Positions 15,870 through 29,418 of a stretch of DNA of 64,000 nucleotides are shown piece after piece. Within the stretch, counting starts at the first letter, position 1. Each line of letters opens with the position of its first letter. A program made the position numbers and the translations under genes. The DNA is from the human T2T-CHM13v2.0 reference genome, Homo sapiens: NCBI RefSeq assembly GCF_009914755.1, contig NC_060936.1; one strand, 5' to 3'. The notes beneath the pieces were generated by a model, which did not search any database, was not told where the DNA came from, and was given only the letters and a program-made list of their open reading frames with translations.

Positions 15870-16354
15870 CAACCAGGTCCGCTTTGTGGTCCTGATGGTG
15901 AAACTGGCCCAACTTCCCCACAGAACTAATGTTCATGGTTTGGAGATAATTACAGAGATTGACTCTCCTGATCTTAAAGCCTGAAAACTTGTATTTGTCT
16001 CCTCTGAGTTCCTTTCTCAGGAAACCGACCTTCAGGCCTCCCAGATAGCATAAAGGAACTAAAACTTACCAGATCATTGCATCTGCACAATGAGGCACCA
16101 GACCCCTCGTTTGTCATGACTGGTTCCTTACACCCCACAATTCCTGTCTTTCCACATGTAGTTGCATTTCTTCCCTGCTATATAAACCCCTAATTTTAGT
16201 GGGTTAGTGAGATGGATTTGAGACTTATCTCCTGTCTCCTCAGCTGCAGCACCTGAATAAAGCCTTCTTCCCTTGCAATACTTGTTGTCTTAGTCACTGG
16301 CTTTCTGTGTGGTATGCAACAGGGCCTAGACCAACCCCTTGTATTTCGGTAACA
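15870..16354 (+). mobile_element. ERV1-class solo LTR (MER39-like; left end approximate)
   Basis: TATA-like CTATATAAACCCC, then GAATAAAGCC polyA signal, ending TTTCGGTAACA. Confidence 0.65.
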
Positions 16355-17166
16355 ATGGCAACACGTTAAGAAAAAAAATAATCCCCTCCTATGCTGCATT
16401 TGGCACACACATGGTATGATAGGTTGCTAATGCCCAAGTTTTGATATCAGAACTTTGCCCAATTTAGTTCAACATCCCCTGTCTAGGCTAGTCAGCTTCC
16501 CTTTGGTTGTCCTGTCAGTCTATCTCCCCAACCATTCTTCACACTTCTTTCACAAGTGGACAAGACAAGGAAAAAAAAGGGGAAAAGGAGGCGAAAGAAA
16601 AGGCCTAAGAAACACTGAAGAAATACGTGTCGGCTGTTGGGGGAAAATGTTTCAAGTATGTTAAGGGTGGTCCAAGTGTGCACATGGACATTATGATATA
16701 TACACACAGTAATGCTCAAACAGTACATTCATAACCCCAAACTGCAAATATAGTATTAATAGAATGCATAAACTGTAACAGACTCACAATGAAATACTAC
16801 ATAGTAATAAATAACTAGATCTACAAGTAGAAACTTGGATGAATCTCATATATATAATGTGAAGTGAACAAAGCAGGACAAAAAAATACATATAGTATTA
16901 TTATATTCATAAGAAAGTTCATAAGCAGGCAAAATTAAGCTATATTGCTTAAGGATGCATCAGTAACTGATAAAACTATAAAAAAAAGCAAGGAGATGAT
17001 TATCCTAATAAACATGAAACTGATAGCCTTTAAGGGGAAGGAAGAAGGCTGATTGGAGAGGGGCACACTGGCAGCCTCAAGTGTTAGTAATGTCCTATCT
17101 CTTGACCTCTGTGATTTCATGAATGTTTACTTTATAATAAACATGTTAAAATGCACATATATACTC

Positions 17167-17736
17167 TGTGATGGTTAATATTAAGTGTCAACTTGCTTGG
17201 ATTGAAGGATACAAAGTACTGGTTCTGGGTGTATCTGGGTGTTTCTGGGTGTATCTGGGTGTCAAGAGATTAACATCTGAGTCAGTGGAGTGGGAGGGGA
17301 AGACCCACCCTCAGGAAGACACACCCATAATGTGGGTGGGCACGATCCAACTGGCTGCCAGCACAACTAGAAAAAACAGACAGATGGAGGTGGAAGGAGA
17401 TGACTTGCTGAGTCTTCCAGCTTTCATCTTTCTCCTGTGTTGGATGCTTCCTGCCATTGAACATCAGACTCAAGTTCTTCAGCTTCTGGACTCTTAGGCT
17501 TACACCAGTGGTTTGTCAGGGGCTCTTGGGCCTTAGGCCACAGATTGAAGGCTGCAATGTTGGCTTTCCTACTTGTGAGGTTTTGGGACTCAGACTGGCT
17601 GCCTTGCTCCTCAGCTTGCAGACGCCTTATTGTGGGACTTCATCTTGTGATCGTGTGAGTCAATACTCCTTAATAAACTCCCCTTCATATATACATCTAT
17701 CCTATTAGTTCTGTCCTTCTAGAGAACCCTAATACA
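17167..17736 (+). mobile_element. MLT2A-type (HERV-L) solo LTR
   Basis: Starts TGTGATGGTTAATATTAAGTGTCAAC, ends CTAGAGAACCCTAATACA; 5-bp TSD TACTC (17162-17166 and 17737-17741); AATAAA in the R region. Confidence 0.9.
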
Positions 17737-19349
17737 TACTCTATGTGTGTTTAAACACGTATGTTATATTTTATACATGCAAATAAAGGGTAAGAAAAAC
17801 TGTAAAACAAAGCTTATTCTACCTAATTCTTCTCCTTTGAATTTGTCCAATTATTATTTTGGGAATTCATTATTTATTTGCTCATAGGAAACTCTAGACA
17901 AATTTGCCACAATAATATCACTCATGTTGAGGGTCTCCTACGGATTTCCTCAGTTATAGCATAATGAAATCATAAAACTTTGTTCAAAATGTCATCTCTA
18001 AAACAGATAAAAGCTATTTTGGAAGTTGTTAAAAGAAACATCCCAACTAAAAGGGTTTGTAAAGAGGTATTAATAGCAAAATGAAGCCAAGTTCAGTAAA
18101 AATGTCAGCAAACAGAGGAGTTACAGTAATCAAAGAATACTTACTTAAAAAGAAAATTAATAATCTTACTGGGATCTAAATAAAACCAAACAAACAAACC
18201 CAGAAAACTTTATGGCCAGCCTTGTGTTGCCCCACTTTTCTTTGAATCCTTGCTGTTTCAGGGATATTTAAGTCCTTCTTTAATTGAACCAGAAAACCTC
18301 AGAGAACTGAAATAACATGAACAATGAATTCTCTAGCCACTACGCAAGAAAAGCAAGTAGGGATGGAAAGAGTAGAAAGGCAGGGAGAAAGAGAATTTAA
18401 GGCAACTACATGCTAATGATAAGCCATCATGAAGGATTTCTAAATGTAAGATAAAAATTAATGATGATAAGAGAGATGCTGAGTTATACCTTAGTCATGG
18501 TGATAGACTACTATTTATTTTAGAATACTATAAAAAAGCAAAGTAAAGAAAGTACAGAGAGTTACTATAGTATAATCACAATTATGTACAATTATGTACA
18601 AAAATGAAAAGGGTATTGGGAGTATAGGTGGCATTCTTCTCCTTATTTTCTGTGTTTTCTAAATTTTATTAAGCATTCATTATTTTATAATAAAAATAAT
18701 TTATTTGAAAACAAGATTGTGCCTTCAGGTTGCTCTAAAAATAGTCTAAAATTAATGGCCTGCTAATGTCTTTTGAATTTGTTACTGAATTTGTATAGTT
18801 CCAAAAAGGTCTTGAGACAGTTTACCAAAAAATAAGAAAAATCCAACCAAACAAAAACACCAACCAGAAATGATGAAACACAGCAAATTCACTAAAAAGA
18901 GGACAGGAAAACAAGTACTAAGCAACAAGGAAAGCATAGAATACAACAGCTGAATATGTAGATTAAAGAGGTATCACAAAACTTAAAACCAAGGGAAGAA
19001 GACTGTTTCCACAGCTTTAAAAATTTAAAGAATCAAAGAGACTTGTTCTTGTTTAGGTCTAGATATTGTGACCACTTTCTTTTAATATAAAAGGAAATCA
19101 ACAGCACACCAGCTGTTGGCAATGACATTACGTGTGCTGACAAAAGCTATTGTGTAGATTATTCAATTAAGTTAGCTAAATATCGGTAAAGGCTTCTAGG
19201 AAAAAACATGCAACATCTTCACAACCTATAAGAAATCACACAAAGATTTCTAATAGAAGAAACAAATATACCAAAAAAGCGTCAGCATTATCACTCATCA
19301 TGGAAATGTCATTGTGGCATCAACCAGAATGGCTAAAATTAAAAAGACA

Positions 19350-19662
19350 GGCTGGGCACAGTGGCTCATGCCTGTAATCCTAACACTTTGGGAGGTCAAG
19401 GTAGGTGAATTGCTCGAGCCTGGGTGCTCGAGACCAGCCTGGGCAACATGGCGAAACCCCATCACTGCAAAAAATACAAAAAATTAGCCGGGAGTGGTGG
19501 TGCATGCCTGTAGTTCCAGCTACTTGGGAGGCGGAGGTGAGAGGGAGGGTTGAGGCTGAGCCAAGGGAGGTTGAGGCTGCAGTAAGCTGTGATTATGGGT
19601 CTGGCTGTCAGCCTGGGAGATAGAGTGAGACCATGTACCAAAAAAATAAAAAAAAAAAAAAG
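19350..19662 (+). mobile_element. Alu (J-type)
   Basis: Alu consensus inserted in an old L1 fragment. Confidence 0.92.
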
Positions 19663-19693
19663 AAAGATTGACAATAGCAAATATTGGAGAATA

Positions 19694-19980
19694 GGCCAGG
19701 TATGGTGGCTCATGCTGTCATCCCAGCACTTTGGGAGGCCAAGGCACATGGATTGCCTGAGCTCAGGAGTTTGAGGCCAGCCTGGGCAACAGGCAAATCC
19801 CTGTCCCTACAAAAAATACCAAAATTAGCCAGGCATGATGATGGGCGCCTATAGTCCCAGCTACTCAGGAGGAGGCTGAGGTGGGAAGACGGCTTGAGCC
19901 TGGGAAGCAGAGATTGCAGTGAGTGGAGATGGTGCCACTGTACTCCAGCCTGGGCAATAGAGCCAGACCTTGTCTCAAAA
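19694..19980 (+). mobile_element. Alu (J-type)
   Basis: Alu consensus. Confidence 0.92.
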
Positions 19981-21239
19981 TGAATGAATGAGTGTTGGAG
20001 AGTAGGAAGACCACCCTTAGATTATTGGGGAAAAGACAAAATGGTAGAACCACTTTAGAAACTGGCATTTTCTTAAAATGTTAAACATACATCTACCCTG
20101 TGACTCAGCAATTCTACTCCTAAATTAAATCATATAACCACCCAAAGCAGTATTCAGCAAAAAATAATAACTAAAGCCTAGAAACTGTATTGGTACCTAT
20201 TTACAGAAGAATGAATAAACAGACTATGGTCTATTGATACACTGTAATGGAGTACTACTTAAAAAGCACTGGTATACATAACAATGTGGAAAAATTGCAA
20301 AAACAAGCCAGACACAAAAGACATTCTGTATGATCCCACTTATATGAAGTTCTAGAATAGGCAAAACTGATTTCTGGTAATAGAAATCAGATCAATGGTT
20401 GCTTCTGCAGGGAGTGGGGTACAATGATTAACTGGGAAGAAGTATGACGAAACTTTCTTGGGTGACAGAAACAGTGCATGAATAGGGTGTGGGTTGTACA
20501 AATATACGTATTTGTCAAAACTGATCAAACTATACCCTTAAGAGCTGAGAATTTCAGAGTATCTAAATTATCCCTTAATTTAAAAAAAACGAAGTTAGCT
20601 TAATAGTTGATAACTTTTAGTTCCTAAGTACTGTCTACTAAAAGAAGACACATCTTTTAGATTTGACATTTGTAGAAGGCAAGGCTAGTGTTTTGTAACA
20701 GATCTTAAATAACCTAACATATTCTTGCCCCTGTAAAGAGGGCTTCAGCAGGCATTGCTAGGATTTTTTTCTCAGAAAACCATCATTCCTTTTAAACACT
20801 TTCACAAAAACTGAAGTCCAGGACCAGAACTTACAGATTTATATACTGTTGGACAAAAAAATGTGATCTTGGCCTATGGGTGGGGAAGGAAAGCTCATTA
20901 ATGTCTCAACCAAATTTAGTTATTTTAAGTTATACTTTCAATAAAGTTGTAAATTCAGTGAACAATCTGTAAAGACCTTGATTCAGATGAATCTCACGTA
21001 AAAGGTTTTGTAGTTTGGCTCAAACACATGGTCAAGGCATCATAGTCATGGCTGTATATTTAAATCACAAATTCAGATGATAAGCCTAAATTATTAAGTA
21101 GTAGCAAATATCAAAATATCTAATATCTTGGATTGTGGAAAATGGAAATTGAGAAAAAAGTATCTATGATCAGACTTCCAATCATGTAACACAATCAAAG
21201 TACATTAGTAAGGAATGCATTTGGTACTGTTAAACTTAC

Positions 21240-21364
21240 TTGATTACTGGAGGCAATGAATCAAGTCTAGTCTCTGGGCTCCAAGCTATGCCATCAACCC
21301 TGACTCCATGGTGAAATGTTCGAAGTGTTTTATACTGAATGCCTTCAACGTCTGCTTCTTCTTC
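21240..21364 (-). CDS. NUP37: NUP37 coding exon 2 (125 nt)
   Basis: Acceptor gcttag|GAA; translates EEEADVEGIQYKTLRTFHHGVRVDGIAWSPETRLDSLPPVI(K); donor CAA|GTAAGT; ends phase 2. Confidence 0.97.
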
Positions 21365-21646
21365 CTAAGCATACACAGTAAATGTTTTAATAAGTAATGA
21401 GAACAAACAATATAATATTCTGTATTTCATTATAATGAATTTATCAGGAGGTTATGCTTATGCTTTTGAAAAGTTCAAAAGCAAATTACATATTAAGATT
21501 TAACTAGTTCATTGAATTAAAAAAAAATCCAAAGTTGTCTAAGCCTCACAAAATAACTCTCTAAGGCAACTAGAAACAAATGGTAAACATGTTCTACTTT
21601 ATCTTAGGAGGCATTTCATAATAAGTTCAATGAAAATGGACTGCTT

Positions 21647-21785
21647 GGTCAGGCGTGTTGGCTCACGTCTATAATCCCAACACTTTGCGGGGCTGAGGTG
21701 GAAGGATTGCTTGAGCTCTGGAGTCTGAGACCAGACTGGGCAACACAGTGAGACCTGTGTCTACGTTATAAAAAAAGAAAACAAA
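21647..21785 (+). mobile_element. FLAM (Alu monomer)
   Basis: Single ~130-nt monomer with A-tail; TSD GAAAATGGACTGCT / GAAAATGGAATGCT. Confidence 0.88.
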
Positions 21786-23899
21786 GAAAATGGAATGCTC
21801 TAAAGAATCAAGATATTCTAGGTAAATGAATTACCAGAACCGGATTATCTACTGACAATATTAAAAAAATACACTGTACATTCTCACTACATGGAAAATA
21901 CTTTGGGACCTTATAAAGACCTCAAAGTCTTTATAATCAGTGTCAATGATTTTCATGTAGTGTTACATGTGGCATTATATGTGTGTAAGATGCTACAAAT
22001 AATTCATCTGAACTATTATTGTTTATGAATAGTGAATATGTAATAAATAATCTGGCTAATTTAGTTTTAGATATTTGATTCTGGGAATAAATGCTTAATA
22101 AAGTTGGCTTATTTATCCAGTTCAGCCCTACTAAAATGATTTCAGTTTATCCTCACGGGAAGGTGAGAAAAAAAATCAACTTTAAAAGTCAAGCCATCTG
22201 TCGCTGGCAATGGAGACAATAACCTGAAAAGTTCTCCCATTACAACATTGCAAAAATTCAAATACAGACAAGCAAACGACTACCAAGGTATGCAGCTGTT
22301 ATAAGGGTATCTGCCTACATGCAATGATTTAAAGCTTCAGTTTGCAAGAGAGAAGAGACAAATCCTAGTGCCTGCACAAGGAAGGATGCCAGATCAGAGA
22401 TTTCTGCATAGATCCAGGGCCCGATTAAGGGGAAAGCAGGAAAAAACAGACAAACAAAAAGAAAATCCTGCCATGCAAAATACCTACCATGAGTAAGGGA
22501 AGGATACTTAGGGGGCTTCAAAAGAATTGCTAATGTTCCTTTTCTTAAACTAAGCAGCAGGTATACAGGGATCCATCTTATTACTCTTTATGCCTTTATG
22601 GATAACACATTTTTTATAAGCATTAAAATACTGCTCAGCACCATAGGAAAGGTAAAAAAGAAAATGATAAAAAAATTTTGCAATTTTAAAAATAAGTAAA
22701 TCATCCTTCTGTTATTTAAATCAATACCTGAACTGGGTTTGAGACTAAAGAAGGCCAAATTTTCGCGACAAATTTGTCCAAGGAATCTTCTGTGCTAACT
22801 ACAGTTTTCTTTATAAAAGTGTATGGTATTATAAAGTATCAGGGAAAAAATCCAGCAGGTGAAACTTGATATTTAATGAAATACGTATGTCTATATTGAT
22901 AGGAATTACTTGAAGGCCTGATCTAAGCATTCCATTCACCCAGAATCTAAATGCAAAGTTTTATAATGTATACTCGAATGAAATCCAAGTAGATATACTG
23001 ATTTTTCCAGGATAGCCTATGGGATCCCAGTAAAGTCATTTCACAAATATACTACACATCTTTCTCTGCATAATTCAGATACCCTTTGAAAATAACTTCA
23101 AATTTCAGGTGAACTTAAGAGTTAACAGCAAAAAGTTTTTCCACAAATGAAAGAAATACACTTATCAAGGAAAGAAAAACACTGTCAAATTTTACTACTT
23201 CGTAATTTGTGTGTATAATAGTTGTATAGCTAACAGCCAGATATGCCAAGACAGCAGCCACTAAACAATTTTAAAATAAGTTTAGGAGCCTAATCATAGC
23301 TGACTTCACAGTTTGGATTACATCTATTTTTCCAAACTTGACAAATCAGTCTCCTAAAAATGAAGTTTTTGCATGTAAATACACATCATCTTGCTACTGT
23401 AACAATATTGTTGACAATCAAGTCCTTTAATTTGTTACCCAAATCACATATGGAATTACTGGGTGGTCATGGGGATAAAGAAATCTCAGGGACTGTACAG
23501 CCTGGGCTTTTTGTTTTACCAGTGAAACCTGTTTTCCTGGCAGCACTGTTTGCCACTGAGCCAACTAAAAGGCCCGTGTGTGTGTGTGGTATAGGCAGAG
23601 ACAAATGCTATTTTGGATTTAGTTTGGGGTATAAGCAGAATTGTATAGGCAGGAAATTAAGATACTTTGGAAAACTTGCTATAATACAAATGATTATACA
23701 AGGTTTCGGCATATTTGAGGTTGGGGCAAAGCCAGGTTGATGGAAGGGCTATTATAAGGGTTTGAAACTGGCAGGCCCTCCCACCACACCCATTTAAGGC
23801 CAAATACAAATTTCAGTTAGTCAAGACTGTGAAGTTTCTCTAGTTCAATTCTTTCCCCCCAATGCTTGAATCCCTAGGAGAGCATCTGAAAAAAAGAGT

Positions 23900-24080
23900 T
23901 TACACAACCCCTCTCTGAACACTTCCAGTGACAGGGAACTAGCTATTTCTTTGGGAAGTTTATTCAATTGGGGGATAGCTCTAATTATTAGAAGAGTTCT
24001 TAACGTTAAGCCAAAATCTGTTTCCATGTAAATTCTACTCATTATTCCACGTTCCATCTCTGGAACCACACCAAATCAGT
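23900..24080. mobile_element. L3/CR1 ancient LINE fragment
   Basis: GAACACTTCCAGTGACAGGGAACT...AGCTCTAATTATTAGAAGAGTTCTT resembles the L3 consensus as recalled. Confidence 0.5.
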
Positions 24081-24394
24081 CTAACTTAATGATGACAAAT
24101 ATCTGGCCATAGCTGATCTCCTCTAGGTGAAGACACACTAAGCAGCAGATTCAGCCTCAGCCTGAAAGCATTATAAGCAACAACTCTGTCCATTCAAATA
24201 GAGATGACAAATAACATAAAATCCATTTACCATTGAGTCTAATACCTCTTTCACAGTTTTAAACATTTAGATACTACCCTGAAATTTGTATTAAAATACA
24301 TTATCTTCTCTGAATCATAATATACTGCTGAGAACTACAGAGTATTATTATTATATTAAAGATTACTGTCGATTTACAGAGGAAGATGCAGAGA

Positions 24395-24520
24395 GAACTG
24401 TGCTGTCTGATATGGTGGCCACTAGCCACACAGGACCTTATGAAGCACGTGAAATGTGGCTAGTTCTATTTGATATGTGTACACTTTAAAAAGTGTAAAA
24501 TACATACCAGATTTCTAAGT
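24395..24520. mobile_element. MER3-type DNA transposon remnant
   Basis: CTGTGCTGTCTGATATGGTGGCCACTAGCCAC...GAAATGTGGCTAGT. Confidence 0.6.
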
Positions 24521-25855
24521 CTATTCAAGGGGTCTTCATTAGTGAATTGAGGCCTCTAGTAGAACTTGGATGAGAACATTGATTTAGGCAAGCATATATG
24601 TTCATGCTCCTCTGCCCTTTAACAAAGGTTTTTATAGCAGTTTTCTTATTGCACTGCTTTATATGTAAATATTTCCTTAAGGATATGGTCCTTGCTTTTT
24701 TCATGTCTTGGCACCCAGTATGCACTTAATGAAAATTTGACAAATACACGACACCAGTTAACAGTACTATCATTCAGAAGCTCATATGTCCATCATAATC
24801 AAAGGGACAACATGAGATTCTGAAAAATGCTTTATTGAAATTCAAATTCACTATATCTACAACGTTTTCTAAACAGCCTTAAAATAAGGATTATCTTTCT
24901 GTCAGGAATGTGAAAATCTTTCCACTTAATTTACCTTTACTTAGTTTTCTCTCAAGACAAGAGGCATGAAACTGGGTGCAATGGAACTTGAAGGTTCTAG
25001 GACAACAGAATAGTAATGTTTAACAGTGTTTAGCTAGATAAAAAATAACTCCACAGAAAAGCAATAATTTATTTTGAAATGGACTTACTTAATTGTATTT
25101 CCAATGTCTGATGCAGAATATAATTTGTGTTTACTATTGTCCAAATTAATAAAAATCTAATTTTTTCCTTAGTAATTTGGGCACGAGACCTACATTGCTA
25201 ATCTCACAGGTATGAGGGTAACTGAGACAATACATGTGACCATAAACTATAACAGAACACAAATGTTTATACTAGTTCTTTTTTCTCATGTTAGTCATTT
25301 TCCTTCTTTCTCCCAACTTCTCCCTCTCTCATCTTTGCCTCTCTTTTCCTAATTTGTTCTCCACTGACTTTCTCCCTCAACATTTCTTAATCATAAATGA
25401 GATAAACATTTTTCAGTGTTTGCGAATACAATCCTATGTTGTTATTAATTTTAAAAGTAATGAAGTAAAAATTAGTTTTACCTGTAGGAGGCTGCTTTAC
25501 TCTTTTGTACATTGGTGGCTTGCATTAGAGAAATGGTTTTTCCTCAGTCTTTTTCAAGTACGTAACATTGTCTTAATCATATGACTTTTTATGATCCTAA
25601 ACCATGTCCATGTAAGTCAGGCTAGGGTCATATTTAGTCTAAAAGCTATTAATTTCTACTCCCACCCAAACAGACAGTACGAAATAGGCTAGGAGCTGTC
25701 ATATTCTACTCAGACAGCAACAAACTGAAACTTTCAATTCACACTTCCTCTTAAATATGACTATATTCCAATTTGTAAAGCTTTATATATTCATTGTGCT
25801 ATAAAATGCCAAATTGCATTTTTGATGTCAGAATACTGTAAGATACAGAATTGCC

Positions 25856-26166
<311 letters not shown>

Positions 26167-26304
26167 TCAGTAAAGGAGGAAATAACATTTATAATAACTA
26201 TCACTTTAGTGATAGTTATTTTAAATCTTTGAAAATTGGACACTTCCAAATTACCGTGCTCATTATAATTTGAGAAATACGGTTCTATTAATAATATTCT
26301 GCTA

Positions 26305-26590
26305 GGCCAGGCAGGGTGGCTCACACCTGTAATCCCAGCACTTGGGAGGCCGAGGTAGGCAAATGACTTGAGGTCAGGAGTTCGAGACCAGTCTGGCCAA
26401 CATCATGAAACCCCCTACTAAAAATACAAAAATTAGCTGGGTGTGGTGGTGCATGCCTGTAATCCCAGCTACTTGGGAGGCTGAGGCAGGAGAATCAACT
26501 GAACCCGGGAGATGAAGGTTATAGTGAGCCGAGGTTGACCTCCAGCCTGGGCGACCAAGCAAAACTCTGTCTGAAAAAAAAAAATAAAAA
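26305..26590 (+). mobile_element. Alu (S-type)
   Basis: Alu consensus; TSD TAATAATATTCTG / TAATAATACTCTG. Confidence 0.93.
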
Positions 26591-27494
26591 TAATAATAAT
26601 ACTCTGATAGACAAAGGATTAACCAGATAGTCCTGAGGGTTGAACCTTCATTGTTCCAAGTCTCTCTTACATGTAAAACTAGCTTTCCTCTGGGAAAACA
26701 TGGTTTATGTTCACCACAAAGCAATCTTACTTTGGTGATTAAACCTGAGAGTGTTACCACTGCTCGTATCAATGACAACTAAAACATACATATGGATTAC
26801 AATGTTGTCAGATGCCCTCTTGGAATTTTTATTTAGTATATTTACATATACTAAAATTCAAGCATTAGTTTCCTCATGTTTACAGGAGATGCTAAATATC
26901 TTATTCAAGGTCTCATAGCTAGTAAGAAGTAAGTAAAGCAGGAGTAAACATGTAGGCATTCCAGTTCTAGAATTCATGCTCTTAATGGCTATGCTTAACT
27001 GCCTGCTCAATTAATATGACTCCATATTCTGCATACATTAGATGCACAAAAAGTATGACAGCATACTAATAGGAAAGCTGAATATTATAAAAGCTATAAA
27101 ATCTCCTGGAAGATTGTTTTTTGGGCTCTCAACATTAGCTGGTTTTGTATGTCAAAGCAGGATGTAGAAAAACCGTAATTAATTGGATCTCATTTATATT
27201 GTTTTTTTCCTGTACATACCAATGTTCAGTTAATCATAGCCTTCACTTATCAGAATATTCCATTAATGATCATGAGGCAAAAGTGAAGCCTCATACCATT
27301 CTTTTTCACTATCTATATAATGTTTACATAAATCTCAGGCACATATAACTGGGAACATCTTTCTCTATGGATCTTATCTTTTTTTTTTTTAACATTCAAA
27401 CTCAATATACTTTCAAAGTTTAGATTTGGTTTGTGTAAGTTCTCTTAGTAGTGAAATATGTTCACTGTCATTCGGTGCAGTTTTGTAGACTAAC

Positions 27495-27650
27495 CTGAAA
27501 CGTACACGTGCCAATGACCACATAATTATTGCCACCATATGCAATTAGGTTTCCTGAATCCCCATTCTCAAAGGGATTAAATTCTACCACATGCACATAA
27601 TCTTCACAATCCACAGTGTAGGCAGCATTTCTTGAGGCATCTTGCTTCAT
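27495..27650 (-). CDS. NUP37: NUP37 first coding exon (aa 1-52), nucleoporin Nup37 (WD40, Nup107-160 Y-complex)
   Basis: ATG at 27650 translates MKQDASRNAAYTVDCEDYVHVVEFNPFENGDSGNLIAYGGNNYVVIGTCTFQ, the recognised Nup37 N-terminus. Donor CAG|GTTAGT at 27495/27494 (phase 0). The exon extends as 5'UTR to the acceptor cacag| at about 27715. Confidence 0.97.
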
Positions 27651-28394
27651 CTTGTATGTCAAAATTCAAGCAGTTGTGAAAATTAAATAGCCTTCTACTG
27701 GACAAGGTCACGAAACTGTGGATTAGAGCACAGGTACAATTACAATGGTCAATATGTTAGTCATTCAGCAAATGCATCAAAATAAGGTTGTGGTGTTACA
27801 ATGAGACAGAAAGCTCAAAAGAAACATTTAAAGTACTTATCAAGGGACAGAAACTGCAGGAAAAATATTAAATCTAGTTATTAATGGTTCCACATTTGCT
27901 CCACAGCTCTTTCCCATATCTGTGATTCTAGCAGACAATAACACTGCAAAGTTCTGTTTAGATTATCTAAAACAAATAGTATTTCATCTGAAGATGGAAT
28001 CATTTTAACAGCAAATGTTAATAAAAATTAATAACTTTTATGAACCACTATTTGTAGGTACCATATTAAGCATTTTACTGACATGATCACATCTGGTATC
28101 TGTACAAATCTAAAGGCAGGTACTACCTCTGGTCTCCATTTTGTAGATGGAGAAACTGAGGCTTCAGTAGGTTAACTAACTTGCCAAGCTCATAAGCAGG
28201 GCCAGGATTTGGAAGACTTCATTGTGTGTGGAGAACCAGCGCTAATGAAGAAAAAAACAGCCTCCTGGCTTGAAGGAGACCACAGTTTAGGGATAGTTAT
28301 GACTCAACGTGAAAAGGGCTATAATATAAACAGATAGAAAATACAGGATCTGTTGTTAAGGAGTACCAAAATGTGTGATATAAAAATAATGTTC

Positions 28395-28552
28395 AGGGGG
28401 TTGGGCGGAGGGAGAGCATCAGGATAAATAGCTAATGCATGTGGAGCTTAATACCTAGGTGATGGGTGTGCAAACCACCATAGCACACGTTTTACCTTTG
28501 TAATAAACCTGCACGTCCCGCACACGTATCCCGGAACTTAAAAATTAAAATA
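28395..28552 (+). mobile_element. Short L1PA 3'-end insertion
   Basis: GGAGGGAGAGCATCAGGATAAATAGCTAATGCATG...AACCTGCAC...GAACTTAAAA; flanks AATAATGTTC / AATAATATTC. Confidence 0.8.
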
Positions 28553-29181
28553 ATAATATTCTTAAAACTAGGCAGAAGACCTTAACCTGTCAGGGACTAG
28601 TGTGCATTCTGGAAGTAGCATTCCCACATGAGAATTATGGGTTTTAGAGTTTTTGGTTTTTTAAAAAATTCGACACAAGGGTTGTCCTGAAAACAGCTGG
28701 ACTCAGTAACAAACATATCAAGCACCTTAAGAGTATGTACTGAGAATGAGTCCCACCTCGAGACGCTTATAAACTAGTAACTTTAGGAATGGACATCAGG
28801 GACTGGAGACTTTTGAAGGGTGACCAGCAAGTGTTATGGACACGGAGACAGAGAGGTATAGAAGTGCAAGAGATTCGAGGTCACGAAATTGTTCCGTCCC
28901 TACACCTACTGCTCATTAAAGCAGTGGCCGGGGCCTCACCGTACACGTTGGACAGGACTTGCCCCTGTAAAACTACAACGGCAGAGAAGAAGGGAGGGAA
29001 CAAGATAAGTCTCTGCAATGAGCGCCGACACCTCTCCCCGGGCCAGGCGAGTTCCTCAAGACCCCGCTCCCACCTCCCGGGGCCCGAAGTGGGAAGGAAG
29101 AACTCCTGGGAATAGAGTGGCAAGGCTGGGCGGCCGGCAGAAAAGCATCCCGGCCTCTCGGGCTCCCAGCTCGATACGCAC

Positions 29182-29250
29182 CGCAGAGCGCCAGGAACCG
29201 ACCAGAGGCAGGCTGGTCTTCCTTGGGGGCTGCCGCGACGCGCTGTGGCT
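29182..29250 (-). other. NUP37: NUP37 non-coding exon 1 (TSS approximate)
   Basis: Minus-strand donor GCG|GTGCGT at 29182/29181 inside the CpG island; 5' end inferred from promoter motif position. Confidence 0.6.
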
Positions 29251-29314
29251 CTGCTTCCGGGTCGGAGGGCGAGCGCAGCGATTGGCTCCCGGGGCCTCCC
29301 GCGAGGTTTGAACT

Positions 29315-29418
29315 GTATTCAGCGGCGACAGCGGCGACTGCGGCGGCCGCGGGAGGGCATCCCGTTGGGGATCCTTCCGCACACTGAAGAGTACGTCTTC
29401 GGGTCTACCCCTAATCAC
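29315..29418 (+). other. PARPBP: PARPBP non-coding exon 1 (TSS approximate)
   Basis: Strong donor CAC|GTAAGT at 29418/29419 in the CpG island; no upstream ATG in the exon. Confidence 0.75.

Noticed and set aside
18578-18600. Short tandem duplications (CAATTATGTA x2; similar at 45702-45732 and 1235-1254) and (CA)n at 8589-8605
   Set aside because: Ordinary slippage products; no CRISPR-like or periodic array structure.
27468-27662. ORF track start 'MTYK' and tail 'VSLQNCTE' for NUP37
   Set aside because: The track used a non-ATG start and read through the splice donor; the true coding part is 27650-27495.
28968-28986. AAACTACAACGGCAG as a ZNF143/THAP11 motif
   Set aside because: Only the ACTACA half matches; the TCCCAG core is missing.
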